From the NCBI GenBank assembly GCA_965369995.1, contig CBDURO010000005.1:4295-68294 (forward strand): a stretch of DNA of 64,000 bases, read 5' to 3'. Under the pieces are notes generated by a model. The model searched no databases and was not told where the DNA came from. It worked only from the letters and a program-made list of their open reading frames with translations. Source of the DNA: an uncultured bacterium (GTDB taxonomy: Bacteria; Fidelibacterota; Marinisomatia; Marinisomatales; JAHJCW01). This document shows, piece after piece, positions 10,088-20,432 of this stretch. Position 1 is the stretch's first letter. The number at the start of each line of letters is the position of its first letter. The translations under genes were made by a program, and so were the position numbers.

Positions 10088-11029
10088 GTGGTCACTTGCT
10101 TAATCACATCTGAGAAATTTAAAGATCATATAACAGGTCCTGGATTCCCTGAATCGCCTGAGCGGCTTGATGCAATTATAGATCATTTAGAATCAACCGG
10201 ATTGTGTAATGAATTGGATGTTGTTGAGCCAAATCGGAAAGATAAGAGTTTGTGCAAATTAGTCCATGATGATGAATACATTACAAGAGTTAGGCAAGCT
10301 TGCGAACTTGGAGCACCTATAGTTGATACTGGTGATAACCCTATTTCTAAAAATTCCTATGATACAGCATTATTAGCAGTCGGAGGAATAACAGAAGCTG
10401 TTGATAGAGTTTTTACCGGCAAAGCCAACAATGCAATGGCATTGCTTCGTCCGCCTGGGCATCATGCTGAAAAAGGGATGGCTATGGGATTTTGCTTATT
10501 CAATAATGTTGCAATCGCTGCAAGATATGCGCAACAGAATTATGAAGTTGAAAAAGTTGCCATTATTGATTTTGATGTACATCATGGAAATGGAACGCAA
10601 CATATATTTGAATCAGACCCTACTGTAATGTATGTCAGTTTGCATCAATATCCGTTTTATCCGGGTAGCGGCTCAGCCGATGAAATAGGCAGTGGAGACG
10701 CAAAAGGGACTACTATCAATTATCCACTAAAAGCAGGAGTTGGCGATAAGGAATTCATTGATATTTTCGATAATTCCATATCAGATAAAGTATTAAAGTA
10801 TAATCCGGATTTAATTATAGTTTCAGCCGGTTTCGACGCTCATATGAGCGATCCAATCGGAGGATTGAGAGTAACTACAGAAGGTTATCATAATATATCG
10901 AAGACGATTAATAAATTAGCCGGTGAGGTATGTGGTGGTAAAATTATATCATCTCTCGAAGGTGGTTATAATTTAAAAGCTTTAGCTGAAAGCGTTGCAG
11001 CGCATTTAATAGCACTAAAAGGGAAATAA
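10088..11029 (+). CDS. Zn-dependent histone-deacetylase-family amidohydrolase
   Basis: 313 aa; PESPERL, RPPGHHA, GFCLFNN, DFDVHHGNGT, SAGFDAH, LEGGY all intact; GTG start. Confidence 0.95.
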   Translation: MVTCLITSEKFKDHITGPGFPESPERLDAIIDHLESTGLCNELDVVEPNRKDKSLCKLVHDDEYITRVRQACELGAPIVDTGDNPISKNSYDTALLAVGGITEAVDRVFTGKANNAMALLRPPGHHAEKGMAMGFCLFNNVAIAARYAQQNYEVEKVAIIDFDVHHGNGTQHIFESDPTVMYVSLHQYPFYPGSGSADEIGSGDAKGTTINYPLKAGVGDKEFIDIFDNSISDKVLKYNPDLIIVSAGFDAHMSDPIGGLRVTTEGYHNISKTINKLAGEVCGGKIISSLEGGYNLKALAESVAAHLIALKGK

Positions 11030-11031
11030 TA

Positions 11032-11664
11032 ATGAAAAGAATATATCGTTCACAAGAAGATCGAATAATTGCAGGTGTCTGTGGTGGTTTTGCAGAATAC
11101 TTAGGAATAGATCCTACACTTGTCCGTTTAGTATGGATATTCTTCACAATCTTTGGCGGACTGGGAATCTTAGCTTATATATTTTCAATAATCTTAATTT
11201 CAGAAAAAGATGGCTCAAAAGCCAAAGAGATTAAAGTAGATGACGATCACGATGAGAAATTAGTTTTATGGGGTGTTGTTATAATCATTGTGGGAATATT
11301 ACTATTCTTTCGACATCGACCAATGGTGGGTATGATGTGGCATGCTGTAAGCGGCAATTGGTTTAATATTCTATTCGCGATTGCTTTAATCGGAGTCGGA
11401 ATTTATATCTTGATAAATCGTAGAGATGGCGAAGATAAACCATTTAATAAATTGCGAATTGCCGGATTGCATTTATCGGAAACCGATAAAAAAATTGCCG
11501 GAGTGTGTGGTGGTATTGCCGAGTCAGTAAATATTGATTCTACAATAATTAGATTAATTTGGGTTTTGGGTTCACTTTTAAGTGCCGGAATTGGAATTGT
11601 ACTTTATATTATTTGTATGCTTGTTTTTAGTAAACCATTAGATGATATAATTGAAACGAAATGA
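11032..11664 (+). CDS. Membrane protein with two PspC domains
   Basis: 210 aa; RSQEDRIIAGVCGGFAEYLGIDPTLVRL at the N-terminus and SETDKKIAGVCGGIAESVNIDSTIIRL at the C-terminus, with TM segments between. Confidence 0.88.
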   Translation: MKRIYRSQEDRIIAGVCGGFAEYLGIDPTLVRLVWIFFTIFGGLGILAYIFSIILISEKDGSKAKEIKVDDDHDEKLVLWGVVIIIVGILLFFRHRPMVGMMWHAVSGNWFNILFAIALIGVGIYILINRRDGEDKPFNKLRIAGLHLSETDKKIAGVCGGIAESVNIDSTIIRLIWVLGSLLSAGIGIVLYIICMLVFSKPLDDIIETK

Positions 11665-12635
11665 ATATTCAAAATAACAGGTTCAAAGAAATATTAGATG
11701 GATTTTCTGAAAAGAATATTTTAGTAATTGGTGATTTGATGTTAGATGCTTATTTTTGGGGAAAAACCGAGCGGATTTCTCCAGAAGCTCCTGTGCCTAT
11801 TGTGGAAGTTCATCGAACAAATTTTAATCCGGGTGGAGCCGGAAATGTTGCACTAAATTTGGCTGAATTGGGTAGCAAAGTATCGGTCTTGGCGGTAATA
11901 GGTAACGATGCCAATGGAGATACATTGCTTAGTCAATTAAAAAGAGTAAAAATTGACGTATCACCAATTATTGTGTTAGATAATTATCAAACTCCGATTA
12001 AAACAAGGGTGATTGCACAAGATCAACAAGTCATCAGAATTGATCAAGAAAATAATTCAATTGATTCAAAATTAATTTTACCTAGAATTGAGGAATCATT
12101 AAAACATAACTTGGAAAAATTCGATGGCGTCATCTTGGCGGATTACAATAAGGGATTATTTTCTGTAGAAGTTATAAGTTTCATATTAAATGTCACAAAA
12201 AATTTATCTACACCCATATATGTTGATCCGAAATGGGATAATTTCTTTGAATATAAAAATATACATTTTTTTAAACCAAATGCTGCGGAATTTCAAAAAG
12301 CGGTAGGAAATAATTATCAAAAAGATAATTTCATTAAGTACGGTACTCGGATGAGGGAAAAGTTAAACACCAATATTCTCTTGGTTACAAAAGGTTCAGA
12401 AGGAGCCGTTCTCTTTACCAAAGAAGGAAATTGTTCAATTCCTACCGAAGAACACAGCGTTCATGATGTATCCGGGGCAGGAGATACAGTAATTTCCACA
12501 TTTACCTTAGCAGATTTATGTGGTGCAAGTGCAATTGAAGCAGCAAACATCGCAAATATTGCTGCAAGTATTGTATGTGCGCAAGTTGGTGTAGTACCTA
12601 TTCAACTCAATGATTTACTGCAATCAATAAGATAA
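11661..12635 (+). CDS. rfaE1: D-glycero-beta-D-manno-heptose-7-phosphate kinase (stand-alone kinase half of HldE)
   Basis: 324 aa; GDLMLD, RISPEAPVP, PGGAGNVA, KTRV, DYNKG, DVSGAGDTV. Confidence 0.93.
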   Translation: MNIQNNRFKEILDGFSEKNILVIGDLMLDAYFWGKTERISPEAPVPIVEVHRTNFNPGGAGNVALNLAELGSKVSVLAVIGNDANGDTLLSQLKRVKIDVSPIIVLDNYQTPIKTRVIAQDQQVIRIDQENNSIDSKLILPRIEESLKHNLEKFDGVILADYNKGLFSVEVISFILNVTKNLSTPIYVDPKWDNFFEYKNIHFFKPNAAEFQKAVGNNYQKDNFIKYGTRMREKLNTNILLVTKGSEGAVLFTKEGNCSIPTEEHSVHDVSGAGDTVISTFTLADLCGASAIEAANIANIAASIVCAQVGVVPIQLNDLLQSIR

Positions 12636-12686
12636 ATTTAACTGATTAATTATAATCAATTTAATTTATAGTTAAGATTTTGACTC

Positions 12687-14309
12687 ATGAAAAAAATATT
12701 CGGTATAGCATTAATTTTTAATATTTTACTTTCTCAGCCTGATTCACGTTTTGAAGCATTTGATTGGATTCTATATCGGCAAACCGGAAGAATTAATTCT
12801 ATTACTGAAGGATATAATTATGCCTATTTCGCGACTCAAAATGCTGGAATATTACGATTCCAATTATATCAAAATCGGTTTGAGGAACCGATAACTACAG
12901 CTCAGGGGTTGGCAGATAATCAAATACTTGCGGTACATTTTGACCAAAACACCGGAATACTTTGGGTGGCGTCAGAGAATTTTATTGACTATTCTTATAA
13001 TGCTGAAGGGAATTGGTTTCACATAGATTTAAACGAAACAGGATTGCATCGTGAAGCGCATATACAACAAATAGGATCATCTAATAATTATATCTGGTTA
13101 AATGCTGGAAGTACCTTTTTAAAGTTGGACAAAGTATCGGGAATTGTGATGGGGTTGTTACCGGTACCAGATGAGGATGATATAATTTGGAGTAGTAAAC
13201 GAGAACAATATTTGGATATACCAAATAGTTTAAAAAATTATATTATAATGGACGGATGGATAATGAATTATAATCAGTTTATTGATCCGTTTGGCAAAAT
13301 TGTTTTACCGACTACTTTTTACTTTGGTAAAAATAGCGAAGTATATATTGGTATGGAAAACGGTACGATTCTTAATGGTGATGGACAAATGGAAACATTT
13401 TATCCGTTTAGTATTGGATTGAATAACACGGATGTTACTGCATTTACAAAACGTAATGATTTATGGATCGCTGGACGCAATAATTTTAATGCAAAAGGAA
13501 TTACCAAATACAATTTTCGTCAAAATTATTTTCAACATATCGATTATGAAAATTCAATTAATTTAAGATCGCAACCATTTTACTCCATATTAAAAACGGA
13601 TAAGGAAATATGGTTTGGAGGTAACTCAGCGATTTCAATATACAATAGAAAGAAAGACTATTGGCGAGAAATCACAGAAGCTAATGGTATTCCTAATGGA
13701 AGGATTACTTCAATGGTTGAAGATACATCTTCAATTTGGGTCGGTACAACGAGAGGATTGGTGAAAATATCAACAATCAGCAAGCGTGCTGAACAAACAG
13801 ATTTTGGAAATTTATTGAGTTTGCGAAGAATAAATGACCTCGAAATTGTTAATGGAAATTTATGGATTGCTACGGATAGTTATTTATTAATATATGATCC
13901 AAAAAACAATTTGTTAACTGATTTTAAAAGATTTGGAAATATAAATTTAATAAAAAAGAGAAAAAATATTTTTACCAAGTTTACCAACTTATATCAAAAT
14001 GATGAAAGAATTTACGTTTCTACTCCGGTTGGGATATTAAATTATAATATTCAAGATGAATATTGGACTGTGATAGTGGAACCATCAGCTTATGCGGGTA
14101 GTAAAGTAAATAATTTGGTCATTGCAAACGGATATTGTTTTATTGGTACTAATAACGGTATTTGGCAAATTAACCTTGATGACGGATATTCACAATTGTA
14201 TGATTATCCTTTTATTGGCTCAGTGCAGGATATGTATATTCAGGGTAATACTTTATTGATCGGAAGTGATAATGGTCTAATTAAATATTTATGGAAGAAA
14301 AACTTATGA
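12687..14309 (+). CDS. Exported beta-propeller protein (two-component-regulator-propeller-like repeats), function unknown
   Basis: 540 aa; signal peptide; repeats such as LWVAS, IWFGG, EANGIPNGRITSMVED, IWVGTTRGL, LWIAT, FIGTNNGI, LIGSDNGL. Confidence 0.7.
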   Translation: MKKIFGIALIFNILLSQPDSRFEAFDWILYRQTGRINSITEGYNYAYFATQNAGILRFQLYQNRFEEPITTAQGLADNQILAVHFDQNTGILWVASENFIDYSYNAEGNWFHIDLNETGLHREAHIQQIGSSNNYIWLNAGSTFLKLDKVSGIVMGLLPVPDEDDIIWSSKREQYLDIPNSLKNYIIMDGWIMNYNQFIDPFGKIVLPTTFYFGKNSEVYIGMENGTILNGDGQMETFYPFSIGLNNTDVTAFTKRNDLWIAGRNNFNAKGITKYNFRQNYFQHIDYENSINLRSQPFYSILKTDKEIWFGGNSAISIYNRKKDYWREITEANGIPNGRITSMVEDTSSIWVGTTRGLVKISTISKRAEQTDFGNLLSLRRINDLEIVNGNLWIATDSYLLIYDPKNNLLTDFKRFGNINLIKKRKNIFTKFTNLYQNDERIYVSTPVGILNYNIQDEYWTVIVEPSAYAGSKVNNLVIANGYCFIGTNNGIWQINLDDGYSQLYDYPFIGSVQDMYIQGNTLLIGSDNGLIKYLWKKNL

Positions 14310-15556
14310 GAAAATTATATACAATATTATTATTTAGTTTATTGCTCATTTTCAATGGAAATATGACTTTAGCACAAAGACAAATCCCAAAGAAAAATAT
14401 TGAAAAATTTTCATTATCTGCTTTTACCAGAACAGTAAATATCGGTGATTCTTTGGAAGTATTAATTTATATGCGGATACCAAATTTTACGCTACAATAT
14501 GTTAAGATTGATACAAATTTTATTGCACGTTATGAAGCAGTGATTGCTTTGCAAACAAAAAAAGGAAAGCAAATCGGCAGGGAAGTTTGGCAAGATTCCA
14601 TTATTGTAAACGATTATAATTCTACTAATTCAATTACGAAAAATAAAACATTAATGATTTCGTTCAAGGTACCATCAGGAAAATACAAAGTGGTTGCTAG
14701 TTTATTGGATCTTGATACAAAAAATAGCGGAGAAAATAAAATAAAATTGAATCTGTCTGATTACGATAAAAACCATTATCTGCATACACCAATATTATTA
14801 GATAAATCTGAAGGGAATTGGGGTTTTGGTGATGGAATGATCCCTGCGTTACACAATAGCACCTTTGATATTGATGATGGTTTGACTTTTTATCTATCCG
14901 GTAAAGTATTACCTAGTAAATATACTTTGAATACACAATTTTTGGATAAGGACAGAAAAATACTATTTGAAAAGATAATTACTGATACGTCACAAACAGG
15001 AATATTCAAACAAATAGTAATTCTCCCAAAAGAGAATATCAAAGGAATTAGTATTAAAGTAAAAACTGAATTAGTACAGGATAAATATTCTACAGAAAAA
15101 ATTAAAAAGATAGTAATACGCAAAGCGGGTATATCGCATTTGATATCAAATCTTGATGAGGCTTTACGGCAAATGCGGTACATACTTGATTCAAAAGAGC
15201 GGCGGGAAATAAAGAAAGTATCGACTAAAAAAACAGAAGAATTGTTTAAAAAATTATGGAAATGTCGTGATCCGACACCGGACACAGTAGTAAATGAATT
15301 AATGAATGAATATTACAAACGTGTTGCATATGCAAATATACATTTTGATAGCTTTGTGGACGGTTGGGAAACTGACATGGGAATGATATACATAATTTTT
15401 GGTCCTCCTGATGAAATTGATAGATTTATGGTACAACAAAGACAAGAACCCTATGAGACATGGCACTATTATAGAATTCAGGAATCATTTACTTTTGTCG
15501 GTAACAATTTTGGGCATTATCGTTTATCAACGCCATTCCTCGGCTATCAAAGGTAG
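14306..15556 (+). CDS. GWxTD domain-containing exported protein
   Basis: C-terminal DPTPDT..NELMNEYYKRVAYAN..F....GWETDMGMIYIIFGPPD; start placed at ATG 14306 (ATGA overlap) giving a signal-peptide-like N-terminus. Confidence 0.88.
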   Translation: MRKLYTILLFSLLLIFNGNMTLAQRQIPKKNIEKFSLSAFTRTVNIGDSLEVLIYMRIPNFTLQYVKIDTNFIARYEAVIALQTKKGKQIGREVWQDSIIVNDYNSTNSITKNKTLMISFKVPSGKYKVVASLLDLDTKNSGENKIKLNLSDYDKNHYLHTPILLDKSEGNWGFGDGMIPALHNSTFDIDDGLTFYLSGKVLPSKYTLNTQFLDKDRKILFEKIITDTSQTGIFKQIVILPKENIKGISIKVKTELVQDKYSTEKIKKIVIRKAGISHLISNLDEALRQMRYILDSKERREIKKVSTKKTEELFKKLWKCRDPTPDTVVNELMNEYYKRVAYANIHFDSFVDGWETDMGMIYIIFGPPDEIDRFMVQQRQEPYETWHYYRIQESFTFVGNNFGHYRLSTPFLGYQR

Positions 15557-15570
15557 ATTAAACAAAATAC

Positions 15571-16359
15571 ATGAAAAGATTTTCCTACAGCAGTTTAGAA
15601 ACGTATAAGAAATGTCCTGCTCAATTCAAAATCAGATATATTGATAATGTTCGGAAGCCGGATGAAAGTATTGAAGCGTTCATGGGTAAAAGGGTGCATG
15701 AAGCGTTGGAATATTTGTATAATGAAGTATTAGATGGACGTATTCCTTTTTTTGACCATGTAGTTGATAAATACAATTCAAATTGGCAAGATAATTGGCA
15801 TAATCGTGTAGGTATCGTAATGACTGAAAATTTAACAAATTATTACAGGAACTTAGGTGAAGATTGTGTTGCTCGATATTATCGAAAATACTCTCCATTT
15901 GAAGAACCTCAAGTTGGCAACGAAATTGAATTAAATTTTACTCTAGACGGAGATGATAAATATGCAATTAAAGGAATTGTTGATAGATTAGATCATGATG
16001 GAGATGGTAATTGGGAAATCCACGATTATAAATCGGGCAAACGTGCACTAACTCAAAGTCAAGCGGATAAAGATAATCAGTTGGCGCTGTATCAAATTGG
16101 GTTGATGAGTAAAGATAAAGAGATTAAATCCGTAAAATTAGTTTGGCATTTTTTGCAACATGGAATAAAAGTTGAATCTGTTCGGACTGAGAAACAATTG
16201 GATGATCTGTCTAAAAATATTAAGAGACAAATTGATAAAATTCATTTGCAAATGAATAGTGGAGGAGAGTTTCCCGCTAAGAAATCAATCTTATGTAATT
16301 GGTGTTATTATTGGGAAGAGTGTCCAGCACAATTTGGTCCAAATCCATTTATTAAATAA
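15571..16359 (+). CDS. PD-(D/E)XK nuclease, RecB/AddB/Cas4-like, with four Cys for an Fe-S cluster
   Basis: 262 aa; FSYSSLETYKKCP, GKRVHEALE, GIVDRLD, IHDYKSG, QLALY, C-terminal CNWCYYWEECP. Confidence 0.88.
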   Translation: MKRFSYSSLETYKKCPAQFKIRYIDNVRKPDESIEAFMGKRVHEALEYLYNEVLDGRIPFFDHVVDKYNSNWQDNWHNRVGIVMTENLTNYYRNLGEDCVARYYRKYSPFEEPQVGNEIELNFTLDGDDKYAIKGIVDRLDHDGDGNWEIHDYKSGKRALTQSQADKDNQLALYQIGLMSKDKEIKSVKLVWHFLQHGIKVESVRTEKQLDDLSKNIKRQIDKIHLQMNSGGEFPAKKSILCNWCYYWEECPAQFGPNPFIK

Positions 16360-16448
16360 CTTTGGAAGTCTAATATATTCAGACGATATTATATTATTTA
16401 TTGTTTTCCAATTTTTAAATAATTATTATTACAGTTAAATTCTACCTA

Positions 16449-16976
16449 GTGATTTTAAAATTATCCAAATCCGAACTCTCAGAATTAAAAAAAGTACTTC
16501 AATCAAAAGTACTTAATAGTATTAAGAATATTGATATTTATATACTTCGCAATATTAGCGAACGTTTAGATGATAGTGCATCTGTAAAATTATATGTTGA
16601 TGGTGCGGCGGATTTGCACACAAAAACAGCGGGAATCGGTGGTGTATTTTATCGCAACGGTGATGAATTATTCAGTTTTTCAGAATTTATTGGAAGCGCA
16701 ACCAATAATGAAGCAGAGTATAAAGCATTAATCAAAGGACTTGAAGAATCACATAATCTAAATATATTTAATATCAACATATTTGCAGATAGCGAGTTGA
16801 TTGTAAAGCAGATAAACGGTAATTATAAAGTTAAAAATGAGCGTATGCAAGTACTCCATAGTAAAGCAATTAGTCTGTTTAAAAATTTCAGTTCTTGGTC
16901 TATAACTTATATTCCACGAGAGAAAAATTCAGTAGCTGATAAATTATCTAAAGATGGTATGAGGAGAAAAAAATGA
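16449..16976 (+). CDS. rnhA: Ribonuclease HI with ~45 aa N-terminal extension
   Basis: LYVDGA, TNNEAEYKALI, FADSELIVKQ, IPREKNSVADKLS: all four acidic catalytic residues present; GTG start. Confidence 0.88.
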   Translation: MILKLSKSELSELKKVLQSKVLNSIKNIDIYILRNISERLDDSASVKLYVDGAADLHTKTAGIGGVFYRNGDELFSFSEFIGSATNNEAEYKALIKGLEESHNLNIFNINIFADSELIVKQINGNYKVKNERMQVLHSKAISLFKNFSSWSITYIPREKNSVADKLSKDGMRRKK

Positions 16977-18034
16977 AAGCACTTATTACTGCCGGAGGAC
17001 ACGGAACACGGCTAAGGCCAATAACTCATACTCAAAATAAACATTTGATACCAATTGCTAACAAGTTGATGTTAGACTATGCATTAGAATATGTCCGTGA
17101 AGCCAATATTATTGATGTTGCAATAATAATTAATGTAGGGGATGATTCCATTAGATCTGAATTCGGAGATGGTAGTAGTCGGAATATTAAAATTACTTAT
17201 ATCCCGCAGGATGCACCGCTTGGATTAGCTCATGTTGTTAAAATATCTGAGAATTTTATAGGAGATGATCCTTTTATTTTTTATTTGGGTGATAATATTT
17301 TAGTCGGGGGAGTTAGTAGATTTGTTACAGAATTCAAAAATGCGAATTCTAATTGTCATCTTGCACTAAGTAAAGTACCGGATCCAAATCGCTTTGGTGT
17401 AGCAGAAATTAAGGATAACAAAATTATAGGAATCGAAGAAAAACCAAGTGTTCCAAAAAGTAATTTGGCAGTTACCGGTATCTATTTATATGATAATAAT
17501 ATTTTTGAAGCGGTTAATAATATCAAACCTTCAACGCGAGGCGAGTTAGAGATTTCAGATGCACATCAGTATTTATTAGATAAAGGTTATCATATTAGTT
17601 ACTCAGAAATAACCGGTTGGTGGAAAGATACTGGTAAACCTTCTGATTTATTGGAAGCAAACCGCTTAGTACTTGATAATATAGACGATAGTAGAGATGG
17701 AATAATAACTAATACTGAAGTATCCGGTAATTTACAAACCGGTAAAAATGTAAAAATAATTAACTCAAAAATTGATGGACCCGTTATAATTGGCGATGAC
17801 TCCATTATTGAAAACGCACATATTACACCCCATACTTCAATTGGAAGGCGTTGTGAAATTATTAATAGCGAAGTTGGTTATTCTATAATTATGAGCGATA
17901 GCAAAATAAAAAATGTTACAGATAAAATTACCGGCTCATTATTGGGAAATGATGTACAAATAATCGGTAATAATAAAGACCAGTCGGCACATAGGTTTAT
18001 ATTAGGTGACCAAAGTAGAATAGAAGTTGATTAA
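16973..18034 (+). CDS. rfbA: Glucose-1-phosphate thymidylyltransferase, long form
   Basis: 353 aa; AGGHGTRLRPIT, KHLIP, QDAPLGLAH, LGDN, EEKP, RGELEISDA, WKDTG; C-terminal hexapeptide-like repeats. Confidence 0.9.
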   Translation: MKALITAGGHGTRLRPITHTQNKHLIPIANKLMLDYALEYVREANIIDVAIIINVGDDSIRSEFGDGSSRNIKITYIPQDAPLGLAHVVKISENFIGDDPFIFYLGDNILVGGVSRFVTEFKNANSNCHLALSKVPDPNRFGVAEIKDNKIIGIEEKPSVPKSNLAVTGIYLYDNNIFEAVNNIKPSTRGELEISDAHQYLLDKGYHISYSEITGWWKDTGKPSDLLEANRLVLDNIDDSRDGIITNTEVSGNLQTGKNVKIINSKIDGPVIIGDDSIIENAHITPHTSIGRRCEIINSEVGYSIIMSDSKIKNVTDKITGSLLGNDVQIIGNNKDQSAHRFILGDQSRIEVD

Positions 18035-18137
18035 AATAATTACTCAAATTCATTTTATTAATTATCAGAATCAGTTTTAATTTCACTAACTTAACAGTCT
18101 GTATTTTATGATATTATTACAAATTTGAACATTTTAA

Positions 18138-19166
18138 ATGAATATATTTGACAAAATTTCTAATGTTTTTAATTGGGTTTCCGGTGATATTGCTATCGAT
18201 TTGGGAACAGCCAATACTTTAATTTATCTTAGCGGACAGGGAATTGTAATCAATGAACCATCAATTGTAGCGCGTTCCATTCATGATGATAAGGTGATTG
18301 CTGTCGGTAATAACGCTAAAGCGATGATGGGGAAAACACATCGTGGATTAGAAACTATACGACCATTACGAGATGGCGTTATCGCCAATTTCAATATGAC
18401 TGATGAAATGCTGCAAGGATTTATAAGAAAGATAAATCTAAACAGATTAGCAAGACCAAAGATGGTAATATCCGTTCCTTCAGGTGTGACAGAAGTCGAA
18501 AGAAGAGCTGTTAAAGATTCCGGTGAGAGAGCAAATGCTAAAGAAGTATTCTTAATCGAAGAACCGATGGCTGCAGCTATTGGTATAGGATTGGATATCA
18601 GCAAACCGGTTGGAAATATAATTGTTGATATTGGAGGCGGTACTACAGAGGTTGCTGTAATAGCACTAAACGGAGTAGTTTCTAAAGAAACAATCAGAAT
18701 CGCTGGTGATGAAATGGATGATGCAATTGTACAATGGTTTAAAAATGAACATAAGCTTGACATCGGAATTCCTACCGGAGAAGCTATTAAGATAACTGTC
18801 GGTTCAGCGATGAGAATGAAAGCGGAAACGATATCAGTAAAAGGAAGAGATCTTGTTTCGGGAATTCCAAAAGTTGTCGACGTCTCATCGGATGAAATCC
18901 GACAAGCTTTGAAAGATTCAGTAAATAATATTGTTGAAGCGATAAGAAGAGCATTTGAACAAACTCCGCCAGAGCTTGCATCCGATATTATTGATAGGGG
19001 AATTATTTTAACCGGTGGTGGTTCATTGTTAAGAGGATTAGATCAAATTATTCGTGAGAGAACTAAAGTTCCTGTAAACGTTTCTGAAAATGCTATATTA
19101 GCAGTCGTACAAGGGACTGGTATAGTACTCGAAAATTTAGACAAATATGAGGCTATTTTGATGTAA
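18138..19166 (+). CDS. mreB: Rod shape-determining protein MreB
   Basis: AIDLGTANT, NEPS, RPLRDGVIA, VPSGVTEVERRA, IEEPMAAAIG, VDIGGGTT, LTGGGSLL. Confidence 0.98.
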   Translation: MNIFDKISNVFNWVSGDIAIDLGTANTLIYLSGQGIVINEPSIVARSIHDDKVIAVGNNAKAMMGKTHRGLETIRPLRDGVIANFNMTDEMLQGFIRKINLNRLARPKMVISVPSGVTEVERRAVKDSGERANAKEVFLIEEPMAAAIGIGLDISKPVGNIIVDIGGGTTEVAVIALNGVVSKETIRIAGDEMDDAIVQWFKNEHKLDIGIPTGEAIKITVGSAMRMKAETISVKGRDLVSGIPKVVDVSSDEIRQALKDSVNNIVEAIRRAFEQTPPELASDIIDRGIILTGGGSLLRGLDQIIRERTKVPVNVSENAILAVVQGTGIVLENLDKYEAILM

Positions 19167-19967
19167 ATGCTTGCTAAACTTTTAGTAATAATTCAAAAAA
19201 ATAAGCATCACCTTACATTTATTTTATCTGTAATTATTTCTTTTATTTTTATTTATAACAGCGATTCAAACCAATTAACACAGTTTCGTCTAACTGTAAA
19301 TAAAATAACAACGTATATTAAATCGCCGTTTATAAGATTTAATATACTTGCCAATGCGGCTCAGGAAAATGACATATTGCGTGAGCGATTAATGTTTCTG
19401 TCACTTGAAAAAGAAACATTGCTTGAATATGAAGCTGAAAATGTAAAACTCAAGGAATTATTAAATTTCAAGAGAGAAACCACAATTGAAATAATTCCCG
19501 CAAAAGTCACAAATATGGGGTTGACATCAAATTTACTTTCAATGACTATTGATGTTGGATTAGACGCGGGAGTTAAAAAAAATAACCCTATTCTTACTCC
19601 TTCCGGAATCATCGGTAAAATATCCGTTGTAAAGAAAAAGTCATCGATCGTTCAACTAATTAGTGATCCGGATTTTCGTATCGGTGTCCGATTTTTACCA
19701 AGCGGGGCAACCGGTATTTTAAGATGGCGGACAAATAATATATGTGATGTTCGGGAAGTATATAAAAATTCAGAAATAAATGTTGGTGATAGGGTTATTA
19801 CTTCAGGATTAAGCGATATATTCCCGGCTGATTTACCTATTGGTATTGTAACTAGCGTAACTCATGATCGAAGTCAATTTCAAAAGATTGTATCGATACG
19901 GATTGAAGACAATTTAAGTTCCCTTATTTTTGTTTTTGTTATAATAAATGAGGAAACATATCAATGA
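19167..19967 (+). CDS. mreC: Rod shape-determining protein MreC
   Basis: 266 aa; TM, coiled coil ENVKLKELLNF, IDVGLDAGV, GIIGK, GDRVITSG, FPADLPIG. Confidence 0.94.
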   Translation: MLAKLLVIIQKNKHHLTFILSVIISFIFIYNSDSNQLTQFRLTVNKITTYIKSPFIRFNILANAAQENDILRERLMFLSLEKETLLEYEAENVKLKELLNFKRETTIEIIPAKVTNMGLTSNLLSMTIDVGLDAGVKKNNPILTPSGIIGKISVVKKKSSIVQLISDPDFRIGVRFLPSGATGILRWRTNNICDVREVYKNSEINVGDRVITSGLSDIFPADLPIGIVTSVTHDRSQFQKIVSIRIEDNLSSLIFVFVIINEETYQ

Positions 19968-20431
19968 AAAAATATGGTTTAATTTTTATTATTGTATTAT
20001 TAATGCAAATATTCCTTTCGAATCTTTTATCAATTGGTGGTGTTCGTCCTGATTTTTTAATAATCTTTGTTCTTTATTTTGCAGTTATCTATGGAAGTTT
20101 TAAAGGAGTATTGACAGGATTTAGTATAGGAATTATAATAAGTATTTTTGACGGTGGGTTGACAGTCGGTTTATTATCGTTAATATATTCAATTGTTGGA
20201 TATGCGGGTGGTTTTTTAAAAACCCAACATTACAAAATGGTTCCTGCCTTTTTTAATGTTTCATGCTTTTTAATAATATTTGGCAGTTTTTTGATTTACA
20301 CATACTTCAACTATGATTTTTTATTTTATAATGATTTAAAGATATTTCTTTTAACGTGGTTAAAAACTTCCTTATACACATTATCTATTTTAGCAATACT
20401 TCAATTTATAGTACCGTTGCGACGAACTTGA
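19964..20431 (+). CDS. mreD: Rod shape-determining protein MreD
   Basis: 155 aa hydrophobic; GVRPDF motif; lies between mreC and mrdA. Confidence 0.9.
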   Translation: MKKYGLIFIIVLLMQIFLSNLLSIGGVRPDFLIIFVLYFAVIYGSFKGVLTGFSIGIIISIFDGGLTVGLLSLIYSIVGYAGGFLKTQHYKMVPAFFNVSCFLIIFGSFLIYTYFNYDFLFYNDLKIFLLTWLKTSLYTLSILAILQFIVPLRRT

Positions 20432-20432
20432 A

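Noticed and set aside
15571-16359. Cas4 / CRISPR-Cas locus
   Set aside because: No cas1/cas2 and no repeat-spacer array seen anywhere in the window; solo Fe-S PD-(D/E)XK nucleases are common.
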